Shown here piece after piece: positions 59,901 through 64,000 of a DNA stretch of 64,000 nucleotides (positions are counted from its first letter, which is position 1; the number at the start of each line of letters is the position of its first letter). The notes beneath the pieces were generated by a model that was not told where the DNA came from, searched no databases, and saw only the letters and a list, made by a program, of their open reading frames with translations. The stretch is from assembly GCA_965603825.1 (NCBI GenBank), contig CBFDEM010000011.1, positions 372,001 to 436,000 on the forward strand. The letters run 5' to 3'. Source of the stretch: Blepharisma stoltei ATCC 30299. Taxonomy: Eukaryota; Protista; Ciliophora. Made by a program: the position numbers and the translations under genes.

Positions 59901-60387
59901 TTTCCATTCACACTCTTTTCTTATAGCATTCAACAAGTCTTGCGCAATGCAGGTAATAAATTTTTACACGTAAGACAGCTTCATTGGTTCGGGTTGTTTC
60001 TTCGTGCTTATGGAAAAGCATTTTGACCATCCCTGCTTTCATATATTCATTGTCTCTGGATTCAAAAATTTTAATGAATTTGTGTATTATGTAAGGAGAT
60101 CTCGGGTTTTCTGAAAATGGCTTTTTCGGCTTTTCGGGGGCTGGGATTCCACATTTAGGGTTTTCGTTTAGCTGGGTGATTCATGTTAGGTAAAGCCTAG
60201 CAAATTCTTCGTCGCATGTGTTTGCTGCTATCATTTCTTCGATTTTCGGATAAGTGTATCTTCGTGTTTGCTGAACTTCTACTAGTCATTGGTCTAATAG
60301 TTTTTTTCTTGATCTATAATTCTTGAGAGGGACTTCTTCTTTGCCTAAAACGACCTTTAAGATTGGCTCGATCTCTGCTTGATACAT
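56989..60387 (-). CDS. Large basic helical protein with Sfi1-like (F/L)xxW repeats and C-terminal TM anchor, about 1132 aa, 9 in-frame TGA
   Basis: Single open frame from ATG 60387 to TAA 56989 with TGA=W; AFSKWK, AIFL[TGA]KNY, AISK[TGA]SRN, SFKKWKNN, FLQKWH; tail FAIISFIIGFSLS[TGA]LLGFHLI. Confidence 0.75.
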
Positions 60388-60990
60388 TTAAGATATAAAA
60401 TAATATAATTATGGAAGAAAATAAGAGAAGCAGCCAGAAATTTTTGGATTTGTATAAGGATAATTAATTATGAAAGAATTGGATTTATAAGCTCTTTATG
60501 TGTTATAGCGATCAGAAAATTTTAGCTTACAGCGAAATGGCAGTTAAAACTTGTTTGCATTTAAAGCTTAAAAATAAATATGGAGGTAATATTATCTATT
60601 GATTTATAATATTGAAAATAAATAGAGAAATACTTTTTGCTTCAAATAGATTTATTAACACTTATATTAACTTAAAAAAATTAAAGGAGAGTTTATTTTT
60701 TTCAATAATTGAGTAACATCTACTTCATATTTAAATTTAATTTAGCTCTAAAACTCTTGAATTATTCATTTCTTCTCCCTCTTAAATAAGAAAAGACATA
60801 TTATAAATCACTTTATCGATTAAATTAAAAAATATAATAATTAGTAGCCATTATCAGCAAAATTCCAAATATTAACTAAATCTGCTTCTTTATGATCAAT
60901 TTATTACTTTTCATTTAAAAAACTATGAAAAATTGTCTCAGAAAAGCCAAATAAACATGTGAAAATAATTTTAATAAAAACTCGTCATAA

Positions 60991-61830
60991 ATGGAGAGTT
61001 ATTTCCACCATAAGGAAATCACAGAATATCTTACAACAAGCAGACAGACTGAAGCAAATTTTGATCAAAGCACAGAAAACACATGCAGAATTTGCTATGA
61101 AATTGCAGATGATGAAAATCCATTAATATCCCCTTGCAAATGCAGCGGATCGATGAAATATATCCACGAGCATTGCTTAAAAATCTGATTGCTATCTATC
61201 GATGAAGACCTAGATAAAGGAAAATGCGATATTTGCAAGGTTGAATTTATCATGGACTTCGAGATCGTTACAGAGTGCAGCTGTACTAAAATTAAAGAAG
61301 GCACTGGGTCTTATATTTTGCCACCAATTTTGCTATTAGCCTTAGCAATACTAGCTTTCCTGATATTTTTCTTGATATCAAAAATAAGTTTTTCTGAAAA
61401 TAATCAATTTTATATTGTATTTTTACTCACAATTTGCGCAATCATCTCAGTCATAATTTTTCTCATTTTAATACGAAGCATTAAGCGTACATTTTTAATC
61501 ACAAATTTAAAAAACTGGACTATTTATTCTCAAGACTTCAAAAACGAGGAAAAAGAAACCATTGAAAATAGCATGAGCGTCATTACAGATAGTCCTGGTA
61601 TAGATAATGAAGGACAAAACGTAATTATTATCTCGAAAAGTCCGAGGGTTAAAGGAAAACCTATCGTTCTTCCACAAATAAACACAAATAATTTAATCCC
61701 TATAATGCAAGATGATCAAATTGTAGGGTACAAATCAAGACAAAGCTCCCCTGTTACCTCAAGACAGTCTTCTGGGGTGTATCCAAGGGTTCAAGACTAT
61801 CAATTACAAAATCAAAATCAAGATAAATAA
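60991..61830 (+). CDS. RINGv (MARCH-type) E3 ubiquitin ligase with two TM helices, about 279 aa
   Basis: CRICY..PLISPCKCSGSMKYIHEHCLKI[TGA]L..CDICK. Confidence 0.92.
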
Positions 61831-61851
61831 ATATAAAAATTCTTATATAAT

Positions 61852-62169
61852 ATGGCTGAGTTTGATGAAGGACTTTGTGCTTGCCTTTCTGATCTCCCCA
61901 GCTGCCTATTTGTTTGCTTTATTCCTGGAGGATTTTGCTGCCTCCAAGCCAAAGCTGTTGACAAAGCTACAGGAGAAGGATTATTAGTCCCTTATATTTT
62001 TCCTTGTCTCACATTTTGTATAGGAGCTGCCTTCAACAGAGGAAAAATCAGAAATAAATACCGAATTGAAGGAAATTTCGTGACAGATTGCTTGATAGAA
62101 TGGCTTTGCAGTTTATGTGCTGTTACTCAAGAATATAGAGAAGTTAACCGAAGAGAGGGAAAATCTTAA
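61852..62169 (+). CDS. PLAC8-family Cys-rich protein, 105 aa
   Basis: FDEGLCACLSD..RGKIRNKYRIEG..DCL..LCSLCAVTQEYREV. Confidence 0.9.
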   Translation: MAEFDEGLCACLSDLPSCLFVCFIPGGFCCLQAKAVDKATGEGLLVPYIFPCLTFCIGAAFNRGKIRNKYRIEGNFVTDCLIEWLCSLCAVTQEYREVNRREGKS

Positions 62170-62279
62170 ATTAATAGGAAAATTTTATTCAGAATTGTTT
62201 ATTTTCCTATCTTAATATAAATTTTAGCTTTATTAATGATTTATTCTATTTTTAATGAAATGTACTTATCTTAACTACC

Positions 62280-63740
62280 TTAGTCCATACTTTTCAAATC
62301 AGAAGCAACGAGGAAAGAGCAGCTAGTATTGGCCACCACAGCTTCAACAGTAACGCCTCTTGCAATTTCTGTAAGTGTCATTCCTCCTTCCCTCTTAAAC
62401 TCAAAAACCCCCAGATCTGTAATAAGAGTATCCACAACTCCTCTTCCCGAAATAGGATAATTCCTGCACTCTTCTACAATCTTGGGCTTCCCTTTTCTTG
62501 TGTGAGGGGTTAAACAGACAATTCTTGATTTTCTGCTAGAAACTAAGTCCATAGTGACTCCTATGCCTTTGCCTTCACCATGGACACCCCAATTCGCAAG
62601 GTCTCCATTTTTGGAGACCTCAAAAGCTCCAACCATAATTAAATCCATATGGCCACCTCTTAGAATATTCAATGAATCAAACGATGAAACAATTGAAGCT
62701 CCAGCTGCCAAACGGATCGTTGCTCTGCCAGTGTTAATCAAGTCTGGGTCTGTTTTGCCCTCTTCAGCATATCCAGCAACACCTACAACCCCTGGGGTTG
62801 AATGAATCCTTATTTTGCTTTTGTCTGGGACTGACCGAAAAACGAGCTGTGGTAATCCTAATGCGAAATGTATATACATGCCTTCTTTGATTTCTTTTAA
62901 AGCTCTGTTAATGATTTTCAGCTTATCTGGGTTATCAATTCTTGATAATTTTTCTTCTTCTACTAAGTGCTCTATAGGTTTTTCATATTTTTCGCCTTTT
63001 ATAAGTCTTTTTACAAATACTGATGGAGTCACTATAAAATCTGGGTCGAGTTCTCCTTCTTCGACAATCTCCTCGACCTCTGCAATTGTCACCTTAGCAC
63101 ACATAGCCATCTCAGGATTAAAATTTCTTGCAGTCCTTCTATAAACCAAATTCCCCTGCTTATCTGCTTTCCAAGCCTTTACAAAGGAATATTGCGTTCT
63201 TACAGACTCCTCAAACAAATGTTCAGCCCCACAGAAAATTCTTTTTTCTCTTGGGCTTGAAAAAATTTCCACTCGTTTCCCACCAGGGAAATATTTGATA
63301 GGAAATCCACCATCTTCAAAATCAGTCCCGACTCCAGTTTTTGTGTAAAAGCCAGGGATTCCAGCCCCGCCTGCCCTTATTTTGTCAGCTAAAGTGCCTT
63401 CTGGGATCACATTAAGCTCAATATGTCCATCAAGCCATTCCTTATAGACTAATGAAGAATTCGAAAGATAAGTGGTCGTTAAGCGTTTTATTTGTTGCGC
63501 CTTTATTAATGGATCAAGGCCGTGATTTGGGTATCCAGAGCTCATTGAATATACATGAAGATTATATGAGTTTAATTCATACAGAGCCCTCAATAAATTC
63601 TCAGGAACTCCACAGGTCCCATATCCACCTACTGCTATGGTTGATCCAGGCCTTATATCTTCAATAGCATCTTGTACAGACTCAAATATCCTGCACCCAA
63701 AGGAGCGCTTCAAAGTTTTGGTGAGTCGAAACATTAGCAT
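62280..63740 (-). CDS. Succinyl-CoA:3-ketoacid CoA-transferase (SCOT/OXCT1)-like, fused A+B domains, degenerate active site, 486 aa
   Basis: GGYGTCGVPENL, PEGTLADKIRAGGAGIPGFYT, KAWKADKQGNL, RGGHMDL, GDLANW; HSTPG in place of SENG. Confidence 0.9.
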   Translation of the reverse strand: MLMFRLTKTLKRSFGCRIFESVQDAIEDIRPGSTIAVGGYGTCGVPENLLRALYELNSYNLHVYSMSSGYPNHGLDPLIKAQQIKRLTTTYLSNSSLVYKEWLDGHIELNVIPEGTLADKIRAGGAGIPGFYTKTGVGTDFEDGGFPIKYFPGGKRVEIFSSPREKRIFCGAEHLFEESVRTQYSFVKAWKADKQGNLVYRRTARNFNPEMAMCAKVTIAEVEEIVEEGELDPDFIVTPSVFVKRLIKGEKYEKPIEHLVEEEKLSRIDNPDKLKIINRALKEIKEGMYIHFALGLPQLVFRSVPDKSKIRIHSTPGVVGVAGYAEEGKTDPDLINTGRATIRLAAGASIVSSFDSLNILRGGHMDLIMVGAFEVSKNGDLANWGVHGEGKGIGVTMDLVSSRKSRIVCLTPHTRKGKPKIVEECRNYPISGRGVVDTLITDLGVFEFKREGGMTLTEIARGVTVEAVVANTSCSFLVASDLKSMD

Positions 63741-63874
63741 ATTATTAACAACTTACAGCCACGATTTATGATATAATACTAAATTGATTTTTTATGAATC
63801 TTATTATATAAAAATTACCTCTAAAAATTACTTTTTATTAATTCTTAGATTTTTTCAATGATTTAAATAAGAAA

Positions 63875-64000
63875 TTAATCCATCTTCTTTAAATCTGAGG
63901 CGACAAGGAATGAAGTGCCTGTATTTGCTTGGACAGAGTCTACAGAGACACCTCTAGCGATTTCGGTCAAGGTCATCCCTCCTTCTCTTTTGAATTCAAA
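63875..64000 (-). CDS. 3' end of a second, tandem SCOT paralog (partial)
   Basis: FEFKREGGMTLTEIARGVSVDSVQANTGTSFLVASDLKKMD* closely matches the C-terminus of 62280-63740. Confidence 0.88.
   Translation of the reverse strand, partial: FEFKREGGMTLTEIARGVSVDSVQANTGTSFLVASDLKKMD

Noticed and set aside
3322-61830. Fragmented ORFs interpreted as pseudogenes or separate small genes
   Set aside because: Fragments stay in one frame across single TGAs or tiny introns and rebuild complete conserved proteins
9778-61830. TGA as selenocysteine or cysteine
   Set aside because: TGAs align to Trp positions in unrelated non-redox proteins; no SECIS-like element recognised
592-63667. Many short antisense ORFs in the track (e.g. 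592-870, 2221-2472, 33133-33486, 57044-57358, 62554-63144)
   Set aside because: Shadows of well-supported genes on the opposite strand, with no independent motifs
1-64000. Transposons, IESs, telomeric repeats, CRISPR, rRNA/tRNA, prokaryotic defence systems
   Set aside because: No transposase, terminal repeats, telomere arrays or RNA-gene folds seen; genes are uninterrupted apart from introns, consistent with somatic eukaryotic DNA

Overview
AT-rich, gene-dense eukaryotic nuclear DNA, almost certainly a heterotrich ciliate macronuclear chromosome (Blepharisma-like). Two features explain why the supplied ORF track is fragmented. (1) TGA is read as Trp: about 55 in-frame TGAs, many at invariant Trp positions (PKA AVD[TGA]W, MAP3K GTVN[TGA]MAPE, B9D2 CPT[TGA]RP, RINGv HCLKI[TGA]L), while every gene ends in TAA/TAG. 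(2) Introns are tiny GT-AG spliceosomal introns (seven of 15 nt, one of 17 nt, one of 19 nt). Re-reading with these rules gives about 40 genes, including COQ8, ankyrin proteins, OST-alpha/TMEM184, a PKA-like kinase, a double-CAP protein, PP2C, exportin-T, a beta-hydroxyacid dehydrogenase, a USP9/24/34-type DUB, a histone H1-like protein, B9D2 (absent from the ORF track), HINT, an RBCC protein, CHID1, tectonic, a MAP3K, a DENN protein, a MARCH E3, PLAC8 and a tandem SCOT pair. Most notable: a UBZ + MgsA/WRNIP1-C-like protein without the AAA+ ATPase; a tail-anchored Sfi1-like protein; a stand-alone voltage-sensor protein; a PX-PH-C2-TM tether candidate; a SCOT paralog lacking its catalytic Glu; a triple HxRxxS (NDR/LATS) coiled-coil protein; a hidden MGGCC microprotein; and a CAG/TAG tandem-acceptor intron whose canonical-length form creates a stop. 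No rRNA, tRNA, CRISPR, transposon, telomere or IES was recognised. Family assignments come from motif recognition by eye; no database searches were run.
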